Notes: a model not told the origin generated them from the sequence alone. A stretch of DNA of 64,000 nt from Myxococcota bacterium (GCA_965228475.1 OZ245817.1:3968001-4032000); one strand, 5' to 3'. Shown: positions 10,721 through 21,709, counted from the first letter of the stretch. Translations and numbers: made by a program.

Positions 10721-11571
10721 GAAAGGAAGCCATCCGGGTCGACGGGATTTCGCTGTGGGTGGAGAGCGAAGGCGAAGGCACGCCGCTCGTCCTGCTCCAC
10801 GGGTTCACGGGAACGAGCCGGACGATGCGCGAGACGGCCGAGCGCTTTCCCGGTTTCCGAACGATCCGCCTCGACCTGCTCGGCCACGGCCGAAGCGATG
10901 CCCCCGGCGAGACCGCACCCTATGCGATGGAACGCTGCGCATCCCAGGTCGCGGGCGTGATCAACGAAGTGTGCGGCGAGCCGGCGCACGTGCTCGGCTA
11001 CTCGATGGGCGCTCGTGTCGCCCTGGCCCTCGCCTGCTTCCAGCCGGCGTCCGTCCGGTCGGCGATCCTCGTCGGCGGCCGGGCAGGCTTTGCGGACGCG
11101 ACGGAGCGCCAGCAACGCATCGCCGCGGACGAGGCCCTGGCCGACCGCATCGAACGCGACGGCATCGAGCCCTTCGTCGATCGTTGGATGGCGCTGCCGC
11201 TGTTCGCGAGCCAGGCGCGGCTCGGCGAGGCGTTCCTCGCCCGGGCCCGGCGCGGCCGGCTGGCCCAGCGCCCGCACGGCCTGGCCGGCTCCCTGCGCGG
11301 CATGGGCGCCGGCGCGCAGCCGCCTCTGCACGATCGTCTGACGCGCGTGAAGTCGCCGGTCCTCGTCGCGGTCGGCAGCGAAGACGAGCGGTTCGCTCCC
11401 GTGGCCCGCGACCTCGCGGACCGCCTGCCGCAGGGTCGGCTCGCCATCGTGCCCGATGCCGGCCACGCGGCGCATCTCGAGAACCCGGAAGCCTTTGCAC
11501 GAATCGCGTCGGCCTTCCTCGCCGATGCGACCTCCCTTGCACGAGGCGACGAGGAAGCGGTGGCGTCATGA
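10717..11571 (+). CDS. menH: SHCHC synthase, alpha/beta hydrolase
   Basis: LHGFTG, GYSMGAR, AGHAAHLENP; ATGA overlap with menD. Confidence 0.9.
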   Translation: MRKEAIRVDGISLWVESEGEGTPLVLLHGFTGTSRTMRETAERFPGFRTIRLDLLGHGRSDAPGETAPYAMERCASQVAGVINEVCGEPAHVLGYSMGARVALALACFQPASVRSAILVGGRAGFADATERQQRIAADEALADRIERDGIEPFVDRWMALPLFASQARLGEAFLARARRGRLAQRPHGLAGSLRGMGAGAQPPLHDRLTRVKSPVLVAVGSEDERFAPVARDLADRLPQGRLAIVPDAGHAAHLENPEAFARIASAFLADATSLARGDEEAVAS

Positions 11572-12446
11572 GCCCGGCCCCCGGGCGATGGCACGCGTGG
11601 TGGATCGCCGCGAGGCCGCGGACCCTGCCGCTCGCCGCGGCTCCGGTCGCGGTGGGCACCGCCCTGGCGATCGCCGACGGTTCGTGGGCGCCGGCGCTCG
11701 CGATCGCCGCCCTCGTCGGCGCACTCCTGCTCCAGATCGGCGCGAACCTCGCGAACGATGCCTTCGATCATCTCCGGGGTGCGGACGGACCGGCCCGGCT
11801 CGGTCCCACACGTGCCGCGGCTTCGGGCTTGATCTCGCCGCGCGCCCTGCTCTTCGCGACGGCGGGGGTCTTCGCCGCGGCGGCCGCTGCCGGGGTCTAC
11901 CTGGCCCAGGCCACCGGCTGGCCCGTGATCGCCATCGGCGCGGGCGGGATCGTCGCGGCGGTGGGCTACGTCGGCCCCGGTGCCTATGGCTACCGCGGCC
12001 TCGGCGATCTCGCCGTCTTCGTGTTCTTCGGACTCGTGGCGGTGGTCGGAACGTACTGGGTCCTGGCCGGAAGCGTCCGCCCGGACGCGTGGCTCGCCGC
12101 CGTGCCGGTCGGGGCCCTCGCGACGGCCGTCCTGGTCGTGAACAACCTCCGGGATCGCACGGAGGACGAGCGCAGCGGAAAGCGAACGCTCGCGGTCACG
12201 CTCGGAGCGAACGGAGCGCGGGCCGAGTACGCGCTGCTCGTCGCCTTCGCCTTCGCCACGGTCTTCGCGCTCGGCTTCCGCAGAGGCCCGGCCCTGCTCC
12301 TGCCGATCCTGCTCGCACCCTGGGCCCTGATCCTCACCCGGCGGGTGTTCTCCCTCGACGGCGCGGCCCTGAACCCGGTCCTCGCCGCGACCGCGGCGCT
12401 GGCCGGCGCCTTCTCGCTGCTGCTCGCGGCCGGCTTCCTGCTGTGA
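11568..12446 (+). CDS. menA: 1,4-dihydroxy-2-naphthoate polyprenyltransferase
   Basis: [31 protein letters not shown]; multiple TM helices. Confidence 0.92.
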   Translation: MSPAPGRWHAWWIAARPRTLPLAAAPVAVGTALAIADGSWAPALAIAALVGALLLQIGANLANDAFDHLRGADGPARLGPTRAAASGLISPRALLFATAGVFAAAAAAGVYLAQATGWPVIAIGAGGIVAAVGYVGPGAYGYRGLGDLAVFVFFGLVAVVGTYWVLAGSVRPDAWLAAVPVGALATAVLVVNNLRDRTEDERSGKRTLAVTLGANGARAEYALLVAFAFATVFALGFRRGPALLLPILLAPWALILTRRVFSLDGAALNPVLAATAALAGAFSLLLAAGFLL

Positions 12447-13498
12447 AGCTTCGGCACGCGGAAGTGCAGCCCTACCGGCTTCCGCTCTCGCGGCCGCTCG
12501 CGACGTCGCGCGGCCTCGTTCGAGAGCGGTGCGGCGCTCTGCTTCACGTGCAGGAGGAAGGCGGCCAGCGGGGCGTCGGGGAGGCCGCGCCCCTCGCGGG
12601 CTTCGGCGGCGAACCGCTCGAGGAGACGCTGGCGGAACTCGAACGCTTCGCCGCGTCGCTCCCGGGGCGTTCGATCGACGAGGCCGAAGCCGTCGCCCGC
12701 GAGTTCGCACGGCGCGCGCCGGCCGCCTTCGCCGCTGCCGAGACCGCAGCGGCCGACCTGCGCTCCCGGGACGCGGGGCTTCCCCTTGCCGCGTGGCTCG
12801 GCGCGAAGCGGTCCGTCCGCGCGGTTCCGGTGAACGCCCTCCTCGCCGTCGAGCCCGGCGCGGCGTGGATCCCGGCGGCGCGGGCGGCGATCGCCCTGGG
12901 CTTCCGCACGCTGAAGCTGAAGCTCGGCATCCGGCCGTGGCCCGAAGAGATCCGCCGGGTCCGTGAGCTTCGCACGGCGCTGGAGCCCGGCATCGCCCTG
13001 CGCATCGACGTGAACGGGGCATGGCCCGAGACCGAGGCCCGCCGCGCACTCGGGGAGCTCGGCGGCCTCGGCGTGGAGTTCGTCGAGCAGCCCGTAGCCG
13101 CCGAGGCGATCGATGCCATGGCTCGCCTTCGAAAGGAGGCACCGGTCCCGATCGCCGCCGACGAATCCGTTCGCGGGGCGGACTCCGCCCGGCGGCTGCT
13201 CGACGCGGGCGCGGCCGACGTGCTGATCCTGAAGCCCTCCTGGCTCGGCGGGCCACGCGAAACGCTGCGAATCGCGGAGCTCGCACGTGACGAGGACATC
13301 GACGTCGTCGTGACCTCGGCCCTCGACGGCGCGATCGGACGGGCCGCGGCGCTTCACCTCGCGGCCGCCGTCGCGAGCCCGTACGCTGCGGGACTCGCGA
13401 CGGGAGGACTCTTCCGAGCGGACCTCGCCGAGCTCGCGGCACCCAGCCGGGGACGCCTCGCGCTTCCATCGGGTCCAGGCCTGGGCGTCCGGCCGTGA
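12443..13498 (+). CDS. menC: o-succinylbenzoate synthase (enolase superfamily)
   Basis: KLKLG, RIDVNG, EQP, ADES, LKP motifs; GTGA overlap with menA. Confidence 0.88.
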   Translation: MKLRHAEVQPYRLPLSRPLATSRGLVRERCGALLHVQEEGGQRGVGEAAPLAGFGGEPLEETLAELERFAASLPGRSIDEAEAVAREFARRAPAAFAAAETAAADLRSRDAGLPLAAWLGAKRSVRAVPVNALLAVEPGAAWIPAARAAIALGFRTLKLKLGIRPWPEEIRRVRELRTALEPGIALRIDVNGAWPETEARRALGELGGLGVEFVEQPVAAEAIDAMARLRKEAPVPIAADESVRGADSARRLLDAGAADVLILKPSWLGGPRETLRIAELARDEDIDVVVTSALDGAIGRAAALHLAAAVASPYAAGLATGGLFRADLAELAAPSRGRLALPSGPGLGVRP

Positions 13499-14973
13499 GT
13501 GCACCGGCGACGAAGCGAGCCCCGTGGCTGATCGAACGCGCGCAGCGCACGCCGGAACGGACCGCCGTCGAGTGGCTCGGCGGCGCGGTCTCCTTCGAGC
13601 AACTTGCCGAGCGCACCCTGCGCCGGGCCAGCGCGCTGCAAGACCGGGGCGTGCGGCGGTCCGATCGCGTGGCGGCGCTCCTGCCGAACGGTCTCGACTT
13701 CGTCGAGCTCTTCCATGCGGTCGACGCCCTCGGAGCGACCCTCGTTCCGCTGAACGCGAGGCTCACCGTCCCGGAGCTTCGCTTCCAGCTCGCCGATGCC
13801 GAGCCTCGGATCCTCACCCAGGGAACCGACGCCGCCGGGGAACGCGCCAGGGAGGCGGCCGCTCGAACCGGGATCCCCTCCGTCCCCATCGAGGCGCTTC
13901 GTTCCGAAGGGGCGCCCGCGCTCGAGACGACCCCGGAGGAGACTCCGGTCGCCCTCCTCTACACGTCCGGAACGACCGGCGAGCCCAAGGGCGCGCTGCT
14001 CTCCCGGCGCGCCATGGCCGCGAGCGCCCGAGCTTCGTCCGAGCATCTTGGGACGGGGCCCGAAGACCGCTGGCTCGCCTGCCTGCCGCTCTATCACGTG
14101 GGCGGGCTCTCGCTGCTCGTGCGCAGCGCCCTCGATGGCAGCCCACTCGTCGTGCACGAACGCTTCGACGCCAGCGCGGTGGCCGCCCGCCTGGCCGCTG
14201 GCGACGTCAGCGGAATCTCCCTCGTGCCCACCCAGCTCGAGCGGCTGCTCGACACCACGCGGGACCGGACGGCGCCCGCTCCCCTGCGAATCGTGCTGCT
14301 CGGCGGAGCACCGGTCTCGACCGCGCTCGAGGCGCGCGCCGCGGCGGCGGGCTACCCGATCGCGCCGACCTACGGCCTGACCGAGGCCTCCTCCCAGGTC
14401 GCGACGCGTACTCCCGGGTCCGCGCGAAGCGGGCTCACGCCGCTCCCCGGGATCGCCCTCCGCATCCTCGACGAAGCGGGCCACCCGTGCGCAGCGGCGG
14501 ACGTCGGGGAGATCGCGGTGCACGGCGCGACCGTGATGAGCGGATACTGGCGCCGCGAGCCGGCGACGTGCGCGGTCCTCCGCGATGGCTGGCTGCGCGC
14601 GGGCGACGCGGGCTGGCTCGACGCCGAGGGCGACCTCCACGTCGTCGACCGACGCCGGGACCTGATCGTCTCCGGCGGAGAGAACGTCTACCCCGCCGAG
14701 ATCGAACGCGTCCTCGCAGGCCACCCCGGGGTCGAAGAGGCCGCGGTTCGCGGCGTGGCGGACGCCGCGTTCGGCGAGCGCCCGGTGGCGTGGATCGTCC
14801 CGCGCGGCGAAGGCGTCGATGCCACCGGACTCATCGCGCACTGTCGAAACGAACTCGCGGGGTACAAGATCCCGATCCGCTTTCACGCCGTCGAGTCGTT
14901 GCCCCGCAACGCCCTGGGCAAGCTCCTACGCCGCGCCCTCGAGGAGCCCTCGGCTAGCGAAGGCGCAGGCTGA
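13495..14973 (+). CDS. menE: o-succinylbenzoate-CoA ligase
   Basis: [36 protein letters not shown]; men operon context. Confidence 0.9.
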   Translation: MSAPATKRAPWLIERAQRTPERTAVEWLGGAVSFEQLAERTLRRASALQDRGVRRSDRVAALLPNGLDFVELFHAVDALGATLVPLNARLTVPELRFQLADAEPRILTQGTDAAGERAREAAARTGIPSVPIEALRSEGAPALETTPEETPVALLYTSGTTGEPKGALLSRRAMAASARASSEHLGTGPEDRWLACLPLYHVGGLSLLVRSALDGSPLVVHERFDASAVAARLAAGDVSGISLVPTQLERLLDTTRDRTAPAPLRIVLLGGAPVSTALEARAAAAGYPIAPTYGLTEASSQVATRTPGSARSGLTPLPGIALRILDEAGHPCAAADVGEIAVHGATVMSGYWRREPATCAVLRDGWLRAGDAGWLDAEGDLHVVDRRRDLIVSGGENVYPAEIERVLAGHPGVEEAAVRGVADAAFGERPVAWIVPRGEGVDATGLIAHCRNELAGYKIPIRFHAVESLPRNALGKLLRRALEEPSASEGAG

Positions 14974-17506
14974 GGAGACCCTGGGGACGGAGGTCCGCAC
15001 GAACCTCCCGGCCCTCCCGGGTGAAGGCGGCGGAATCGGGCGCTTCGTCGAGGCGCACGGCCGAGACCTCGCTCGTGCCCGGCGGAAGCAGGAGCCGGCC
15101 CGCCACCGCTTCGCCACTCGGATTCAGGACGCGCAGGATGGTGCCGTCCCCGTCCTCGGCGGGCTTCCAGGCGGAGAGCACGAGCGGCGCCGAGAGTTCG
15201 AGCGACGCCGTGCCGGCCTCGAGCAATGGCGCATCGCCGGCCGCGACGGCCCGCAGGCCGAGCTCCGCCGCGCGCGCGGCGGCGGCGTCCTCCCCCGCAA
15301 AGAGGGAAAGCCTCGCGCGCAGCGGGCCGGGGCACTGCGCCAGCGGCGTCGCGTTGCCCGGGCCGGCCGGGCCCGGGCGCGAACGCAGGTCATGGCGCGA
15401 GAGATCGCCGACGCAGCGCAACAGGGTCAGCGCGATCGCGCCCTCCGCATCGACCTCGGCCTCGTTCAGGCCGGGCGCCACGACGGTGAGACCGCCGGCG
15501 TGCACCCAGCCCTGGGCGGGGAAGGTGGCGGGTGCGGGATGGATCCAGTCTTCGCTCGGGAGGGGCCCGGGTGCCCTCGACTCCGCCCCGAAGGTCGTGG
15601 CGGCCTGGAACGCGGACGCGGGGCTTCCGGAAGGGAAGAGCAGCCGCAGGCGGTGGTCCTCGGCCCGGTTCTCCACCGCGACTTCCAGGTCGACGCGCGG
15701 AACGCCCGGCGCGACGCGCAAGGTCATCTCCACCACGAACGAACCTTCGCCCACCCGCGCCTCGCGTTCGGCATCGAGGGCGGCGCCAAGGGCGAACTCA
15801 CGGCGGACGAGGATCCGCTCGATCCCGGACGCGTGCCGGAAGCGGCGGATCGCGACCGCGACGAGACGCACTTCGTCCGGGGCGAGGAGGTCCGCGTCGT
15901 AGGTATCGCCGCGGTCGCCGAGATCCTCGATCGCGCCGAGGCCGCGGAAGACCCGGCCCGCGAGATCGACGTCGAAGCGGCCGTCGTCCTGGACGGTCAC
16001 CGCGACGTCCTCGGCGCGGATCGTCCGCCCCTCGTCGGCTTTTTCTTCGCAACGCTCCGCCAGGCGCAGGGGAACGCGCTTCCACCCGAAAGCCGGCACG
16101 TCGCGCACGACGAACTCGAGGTCGACGGGAGGCCGATCCGGCAGCAGGGCCATGCGCCCCTCGCGAGCCGCCTCCACCCGAACGGGAACGCCGTCGACGG
16201 TGAAGCCGGGAGGGTCGAGGCTGCGCAGCGCGGCGGGGTGCATCCCGCCGACCGGGTCGCCCTCTTCGACCGGCGCCATCCACGGGTGGGGATCGATGGC
16301 GAACCGGACGACGTCGGTCCGGGGGCATGGCGACGGGTTGAAGACGGCGAGGTCCGGCTCCGCGGTCCACGGGCTCACGCGGTCGGGGCCGAGACCCGCG
16401 AGGCGCTCGAGCATGCGCTGGGTCGTCGCCTCGGCGAGCCCCTCGGCGGCATCGAAACGGCCCCGCATCTGCTCGTGGACTTCGTCGTGGGAGCAGCCGC
16501 AGATGGAATCGTGGGCGTGATTCGGGAGGAGCGTCCGCCACGCCAGGCGCAGGGACGGCCGCTCGTCCGGAAGGCCGTGCCCCAGGCCGAGAGCGACGAA
16601 GGGCTCGGCCCAACCTTCGAGCGCGGCTTCGCACGCGCGGTTGCGCAGCTTGATCCAGGTCCGGGCGGACCAGACGCCCGGCAGCAGGTTCGCCTCCCGC
16701 CCGCCGACGAGCTCGCCGCGATGGACGGCGTCTTCCGCCGGCGCCGGCATGCCCTCGAGAAAATCCTCCAGGAGACCGCGCTCGACCTCGTGGCCGGTCT
16801 CCTTCGCCAGCGCCTCGGCCAGCTCGCCGGTCCGCGCTTCGGGCAGCGCATGGTCGATCCCGTTCATCAGGAGCTGGCGGCCGCTCCGGCAGCGCGCCGC
16901 CCCCTCGCGCGCCGTCGCGGCGATCCGCCGCGCGGCGGCGGCGGGCTCACTCGCGAGGCCCGTCGCGGCGTTGAAGTAGCCCCGGGCGAGGTGGCAGGCG
17001 AGCAGCCGGGTTCCGTCCGCTCCCTCCCACCAGTACTCGGTCGGAAGTTCGTCGAGCTCGCTCCCGTTGCCCCGCCAATAGACGAAGGCGCTCATCCCGA
17101 AACCGGCGAAGAGCTGCGGGAACTGCGAGGGGTGACCGAAGGAGTCCGGCGTGTAGGCCACGCGCGAGGCCGGACCGATCTCCTCCGCGGCCCGGCGCCC
17201 CTCGAGCAGGTTCCGCACGTGGGCTTCGCCCGAGGGCAGGAGCGAATCCGGCTGGACGTACCACGGCCCGATGGCGATGCGGCCGGCACGGCACAGGGCG
17301 GAGAGGGTCTCGCGCTGGTCCGGACGGACTTCGAGGTAGTCCTCGATCACGATCGACTGGCCGTCGAGCAGGAAGCGGTATCCGGGATCCCGGGCACACA
17401 GTTCGAGCAGGCGGTCGACGGCATCGACGAGCCGGCCCCGGAAATCCTGATGGGTCCGATACCATTCGCGGTCCCAGTGCGTGTGGGTGACGAGCGTGCA
17501 GCGCAT
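14954..17506 (-). CDS. Glycoside hydrolase family 38 (alpha-mannosidase / mannosylglycerate hydrolase-like)
   Basis: HTHWDREWY, FLLDGQ, GPWYVQPD, PDSFGH, NHAHDSICGCS. Confidence 0.9.
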   Translation of the reverse strand: MRCTLVTHTHWDREWYRTHQDFRGRLVDAVDRLLELCARDPGYRFLLDGQSIVIEDYLEVRPDQRETLSALCRAGRIAIGPWYVQPDSLLPSGEAHVRNLLEGRRAAEEIGPASRVAYTPDSFGHPSQFPQLFAGFGMSAFVYWRGNGSELDELPTEYWWEGADGTRLLACHLARGYFNAATGLASEPAAAARRIAATAREGAARCRSGRQLLMNGIDHALPEARTGELAEALAKETGHEVERGLLEDFLEGMPAPAEDAVHRGELVGGREANLLPGVWSARTWIKLRNRACEAALEGWAEPFVALGLGHGLPDERPSLRLAWRTLLPNHAHDSICGCSHDEVHEQMRGRFDAAEGLAEATTQRMLERLAGLGPDRVSPWTAEPDLAVFNPSPCPRTDVVRFAIDPHPWMAPVEEGDPVGGMHPAALRSLDPPGFTVDGVPVRVEAAREGRMALLPDRPPVDLEFVVRDVPAFGWKRVPLRLAERCEEKADEGRTIRAEDVAVTVQDDGRFDVDLAGRVFRGLGAIEDLGDRGDTYDADLLAPDEVRLVAVAIRRFRHASGIERILVRREFALGAALDAEREARVGEGSFVVEMTLRVAPGVPRVDLEVAVENRAEDHRLRLLFPSGSPASAFQAATTFGAESRAPGPLPSEDWIHPAPATFPAQGWVHAGGLTVVAPGLNEAEVDAEGAIALTLLRCVGDLSRHDLRSRPGPAGPGNATPLAQCPGPLRARLSLFAGEDAAAARAAELGLRAVAAGDAPLLEAGTASLELSAPLVLSAWKPAEDGDGTILRVLNPSGEAVAGRLLLPPGTSEVSAVRLDEAPDSAAFTREGREVRADLRPQGLLSLRLR

Positions 17507-17619
17507 GGGGACATTGTCTCCCGGCCGTGGTGCAGGAACAAGACGCATGCAGGGGCGGCGCTGCACGCATCCCCACGCCCCATGCGCCATCCTCTGGACC
17601 GTTTCACATGGAGAACGAC

Positions 17620-17934
17620 ATGCAGCGACGATCGGTACCCGCCTGGCCGGCCCTCCTGGCCATCGCCCCGCTCCTGGCGACGGGCTGTTTCAACGACGCC
17701 TTCTCGACGGTGAAGCACGAGGGCTCCGACGGGCCCGGACGCTTCTCCCTGGTGATCGAGCCGGCGAGGACCGACGTCGACGGGAGCCATTTCCTGCTCG
17801 ATACGGCGACCGGGGACGTCTGGCGCCTGGAGACCCGGGACGGCGAGACGGGCGAATGGGTCCGGGTCGGTGAAGCGCCGCGGGACGTGCGCTCGCTCGA
17901 GCCCGAAGCTCCGGCCGCGCCCGAAGAAGGCTAG
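17620..17934 (+). CDS. Small putative lipoprotein
   Basis: GGAG SD, signal peptide with LATGC lipobox, FLLDTATGDVWRL. Confidence 0.65.
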   Translation: MQRRSVPAWPALLAIAPLLATGCFNDAFSTVKHEGSDGPGRFSLVIEPARTDVDGSHFLLDTATGDVWRLETRDGETGEWVRVGEAPRDVRSLEPEAPAAPEEG

Positions 17935-18845
17935 GCCGACGGCGCGCGCCGCGACCAGCGAGCGGCGACGAGCGACCCCGACACGTTGTGCCACACGCTG
18001 AAGAGCGCACCCGGCAGCGCTGCCAGGGCGTTCAGGTGCTGCACCGCCAGGGCCACGGCGAGACCGGAGTTCTGCATGCCGACCTCGATCGCGAGCGTCC
18101 GCCGCTGGGCTTCCGGCAACCCGAAGCCGGCCGCCGCGAAGTAGCCGAGGGCGAGGCCGGCCGTGTTGTGCAGAACGACCCCGGCGACGAGCACGCCCGA
18201 GAGCGCCGCCAGACGTTCGTGGGAGAGCGCGACGACGATCGCGATGATCACCGCGATGGCGACCACCGAAGCGAGCGGCAGCGCGGCCTTCACGCGGCCG
18301 AGCCGCTCACCGAGCCAGACGTTCGCCGCGACGCCGAGCGAGACGGGCACCAGCACGATCTTGAAGATGCTCTGCATCATTCCGCCGACGTCGACCTCGA
18401 CCGTGGTTCCGATCCAGAAGCCCGCGAGCACCGGCGTCGCGAGCACGGCCAGCACCGTCGAGACCGCGGTCAGCGTGATCGAGAGCGCGACGTCCGCCCG
18501 CGCCAGGTAGCAGATCACGTTCGACGCGGTGCCCCCCGGACAGCTACCGACGAGGATGAGGCCCGCCGCGATCTCGTCGGGCAGCCCGAGCGCGCGCGCG
18601 ATGACGAACGCGAGGGCGGGCATCCCCGCGAACTGGAGCGCGGCCCCGAGCGCCAGCACGCGCGGCCTCTCGGCGACGGCGCGGAAGTCGCGGGGCAGGA
18701 GCGTCGCTCCCATGCCGAACATGACGAGGCCGAGCAGCGGGACGATCGCGGGCCGGAGAGGAACGAAGACCTCGGGGCGAACGAAGGCCGCCGCCGCGAA
18801 CAGGACGGCCCAGACCGGAAAGAGATCCGTCAGGCGCTTCACCAT
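17931..18845 (-). CDS. Bile acid:sodium symporter (BASS) family transporter
   Basis: MFGMG, CPGGTASNV, IEVGMQNSGLA. Confidence 0.92.
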   Translation of the reverse strand: MVKRLTDLFPVWAVLFAAAAFVRPEVFVPLRPAIVPLLGLVMFGMGATLLPRDFRAVAERPRVLALGAALQFAGMPALAFVIARALGLPDEIAAGLILVGSCPGGTASNVICYLARADVALSITLTAVSTVLAVLATPVLAGFWIGTTVEVDVGGMMQSIFKIVLVPVSLGVAANVWLGERLGRVKAALPLASVVAIAVIIAIVVALSHERLAALSGVLVAGVVLHNTAGLALGYFAAAGFGLPEAQRRTLAIEVGMQNSGLAVALAVQHLNALAALPGALFSVWHNVSGSLVAARWSRRAPSA

Positions 18846-18918
18846 GCGCGGGCCCCGGGCTTCGACATGTGCCTGTGTTAGCGGATCGCGAGGAAGGTGC
18901 AGGTGCTAGATTCGGGAG

Positions 18919-19191
18919 ATGGCCGAGATCATCGTCGAAGTTCGCGGAGAGGAAGAGTTCCGGGTCCGGGTCAGCGAGGGCGAGACCCACACCACCCATC
19001 GCGTGACCGCACGCCGGGACCAGCAGCAACGCTACGCACCGGACGCACCGCCCGAGAAGCTGATCGAGGAGTCCTTCCGGTTCCTGCTCGAACGCGAGCC
19101 GAAAGAATCGATCCTCCAGGTCTTCGAGCTGCCGGTGATCGAGCAGTACTTCCCGGAGTTCCCGGCGGAGATCGCCAGGCGTCTCGGCTAG
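18919..19191 (+). CDS. Small hypothetical protein
   Basis: Typical codon usage; ESFRFLLEREPKESIL; TGcTAGATT 6 nt before ATG. Confidence 0.75.
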   Translation: MAEIIVEVRGEEEFRVRVSEGETHTTHRVTARRDQQQRYAPDAPPEKLIEESFRFLLEREPKESILQVFELPVIEQYFPEFPAEIARRLG

Positions 19192-19198
19192 ACCGGCA

Positions 19199-20170
19199 CT
19201 AGCGCGCGAGGCGTTCGTTCAGGAAGACCCCCACGTCGTCGACCGCTTCCTGCCCCTCGGGCAGAAGCGACGTCGCCACCATCCAATCGTGGAACATCGC
19301 GGGCCACTCGCGCGCCTGCACGTCGACGCTCGCGGTCTTCAGCCGCTCGACGAAGTCCCGGATCTGATCGGCCAGCACCTCGGCGCCCGCCCACTGGACG
19401 AGCAGCGGCGGGAGGCCCGCGAGTTCCGCCCCGGCGGGCGTCCAGCGCGGATCGCGCGGGTCGCCGTCGCCGAGGGCCTGGGCGAACCAGAAGCCGAGGA
19501 GCTCCGCATCGAGGCAGTCCGTCCCCGCGTTGCTTTCGAGACTTCCGCCTTGCGCCGGAGGGTCGACCCACGGACACAGGAGGACCCCGGCCGCCGGCAG
19601 AGGCTCTCCGGCGTCCCGCGCCTGGAGCAGCGTCGCGAGGGTGAGACCGCCGCCGGCCGAGTCTCCCGCGACGGCGAGGGACGCGGGCGGGACTCCCTCG
19701 GCGAGCAGCGCCCGGTAGACGGCGAAGCAATCGTCCTGCGCCGCCGGCAGGAGGTGCTCGGGCCCGAGCCGGTAGTCGGGCGCCACCACGCGTGCGCCGG
19801 TCGCCTCGGCAAAGTGCGCGATCAGGCCTCGATAGGCCTGGGCGGTGCCGATCACGTAACCGCCGCCGTGGAGATAGAGCAGGGTTCGCCCCGAGGTTCG
19901 CGAGGGCGTGCAGACCAGGCACGCGACGCCCGCGAACTCCGCGTCCTCGAGGCGCACGCGCGCCAGGATCGGCTCGCGGACCGGGAACCGGCCTTGCGCC
20001 TCTCGCAGCCAGGGGATCCCGTGCTCCTTCGAGCGGTGCATCAACCGGCGGATCGCGCTCACGAGGATCTCCGCGCGCAGCGCCCGGCCCGGCGGGTGCG
20101 GCCCGCGGCGAAGGTGTCGAAACGAGGCATCGAACAGGGCGGCGATGGCGTCGAGGAGCATCCCGATCAT
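19199..20170 (-). CDS. Alpha/beta hydrolase, HSL-type esterase
   Basis: HGGGY, PDYRL, GDSAGG, C-terminal MFHDW. Confidence 0.9.
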   Translation of the reverse strand: MIGMLLDAIAALFDASFRHLRRGPHPPGRALRAEILVSAIRRLMHRSKEHGIPWLREAQGRFPVREPILARVRLEDAEFAGVACLVCTPSRTSGRTLLYLHGGGYVIGTAQAYRGLIAHFAEATGARVVAPDYRLGPEHLLPAAQDDCFAVYRALLAEGVPPASLAVAGDSAGGGLTLATLLQARDAGEPLPAAGVLLCPWVDPPAQGGSLESNAGTDCLDAELLGFWFAQALGDGDPRDPRWTPAGAELAGLPPLLVQWAGAEVLADQIRDFVERLKTASVDVQAREWPAMFHDWMVATSLLPEGQEAVDDVGVFLNERLAR

Positions 20171-20199
20171 CGCCCGAGGCTACACGCTACGCTCGGCCC

Positions 20200-21084
20200 A
20201 TGCAGCAAGCCCCCCCGTGGTTCACCGAAGCCATCACGACGCCCTACGAGGAGCACACCGTCCGGGTCGACGGCTGTGACATCCACTACCTGGCCTGGGG
20301 CGACGCACGAAAGCCCGGCCTCGTCCTGGTGCACGGCGGGGCCGCGCACGCCCACTGGTGGAGCTTCATCGCGCCGCACCTCACGCGGGACTACCGCGTC
20401 GTCGCGCTCGACCTCTCGGGCCACGGCGAGAGTGGGCGCCGCGAGGACTACCCGCGCGACCAGTTCGCCCGCGAAGTCTTCGGCGTGATCGAGGACGCGA
20501 GCTTCACCGGCAAGCCGATCGTCGTCGGGCACAGCCTCGGCGGCATCGTCACGATCATCACCGCCGCGACCTTCGGGGAGCAGCTCGCCGGTGCCGTCAT
20601 CGTCGACTCCCCCGTCCGCAAGCCGGACCCGGAGACCCAGGAGGGCACGCGCGGCAAGGCGTTCCGCAACCCGAAGGTCTACCCGAGCGAGGAGGAGGCG
20701 CTCGCCCACTTCCGGCTCGTCCCTTCCCAGCCTTGTGACAACGACTTCATCGTCGACCACATCGCCCGGCACTCGCTGCGCGAGACGGACCACGGGTTCA
20801 CCTGGAAGTTCGACAAGCGGGTCTTTCCCTCGACGGCGCCGCTGCCGATGTCGGACTACCTGAAGCAGGTGCCGTGTCGCATCGCCCTCATGCGCGGCGA
20901 GTGGAGCGTCGTGGTGCTGCCGGAAACGGCCGAATACATGTACGAGCTGCTCGAGAGAAACGCGCCGCTGGTGGAGATTCCCCAGGCCCACCACCACCTC
21001 TTCCTGGACCAGCCCCTGGCCTTCATCGCCGCGCTCCGGACCCTGCTCGCGGATTGGGAGCACTCGATCCCCCGCCGCCGCTAG
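20200..21084 (+). CDS. Alpha/beta hydrolase
   Basis: HGGAAHAHWW, DLSGHG, GHSLGG, AHHHLFLDQP. Confidence 0.9.
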   Translation: MQQAPPWFTEAITTPYEEHTVRVDGCDIHYLAWGDARKPGLVLVHGGAAHAHWWSFIAPHLTRDYRVVALDLSGHGESGRREDYPRDQFAREVFGVIEDASFTGKPIVVGHSLGGIVTIITAATFGEQLAGAVIVDSPVRKPDPETQEGTRGKAFRNPKVYPSEEEALAHFRLVPSQPCDNDFIVDHIARHSLRETDHGFTWKFDKRVFPSTAPLPMSDYLKQVPCRIALMRGEWSVVVLPETAEYMYELLERNAPLVEIPQAHHHLFLDQPLAFIAALRTLLADWEHSIPRRR

Positions 21085-21194
21085 CGCTCGCCTCGGTCCT
21101 TGCCGGCCGCCGAGCCATCCGTTGTAATTACGAGGCGCTCCACTTCCGGGGCGTTTCGCGCTCCGCTTCGGAGCGTTCGGAAAGGAACGGTGTC

Positions 21195-21701
21195 ATGAGA
21201 ATTGGGGGGATGACTCGGTGGCTCGTCGCGACGGGCGCTTTGGCGCTGGTGGTGACGGCCCCGTTCCAGGCTGCGCAGGCAGACGACGACATCGGCTGCG
21301 GCGTGGGTACCACGATCATGGAAGGCGAAAACGGACTGATCCCGCACCTGCTGGGTTCGTTCACAAACGGCATCACGTTCCAGTCGATCTCGCTGACGTT
21401 CGGGCTGATGGGCTGCGATGCCAACGACACGATCACGGCCGACGCCCAGCTCCGAAAGTTCGCGAGCGGCAACATCGACCGGCTCTCGCGAGACATGGCG
21501 ATGGGCAGTGGCGAGAGCCTCGATGCCTTCGCCACGCTGCTCGGCGTGGCCCCCGAGCACCGCGCGGCTTTCGGCCGCACGGTCCAGGCGGGCTTCGGTG
21601 AGCTCTTCCCGGCCGAGACCACGACGGTCGGCGAGATGCTCCACGCGCTCGACGGCGTGCTGGCGCGCGACGCCCAGCTCGCCCGCTACGTGCGGAGCTA
21701 G
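21195..21701 (+). CDS. DUF3015-like secreted protein
   Basis: Signal peptide (AAQA), GCGVG, FGLMGC, DMAMGSGESL; upstream of DUF4105 gene. Confidence 0.75.
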   Translation: MRIGGMTRWLVATGALALVVTAPFQAAQADDDIGCGVGTTIMEGENGLIPHLLGSFTNGITFQSISLTFGLMGCDANDTITADAQLRKFASGNIDRLSRDMAMGSGESLDAFATLLGVAPEHRAAFGRTVQAGFGELFPAETTTVGEMLHALDGVLARDAQLARYVRS

Positions 21702-21709
21702 CGCACGCA

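Noticed and set aside
14954..14973. 20-bp convergent overlap of menE and GH38
   Set aside because: Common in compact high-GC genomes; no extra signal
21122..21133. GTAATTAC palindrome upstream of the DUF3015-like gene
   Set aside because: Only 8 bp and single-copy; cannot be assigned to a regulator
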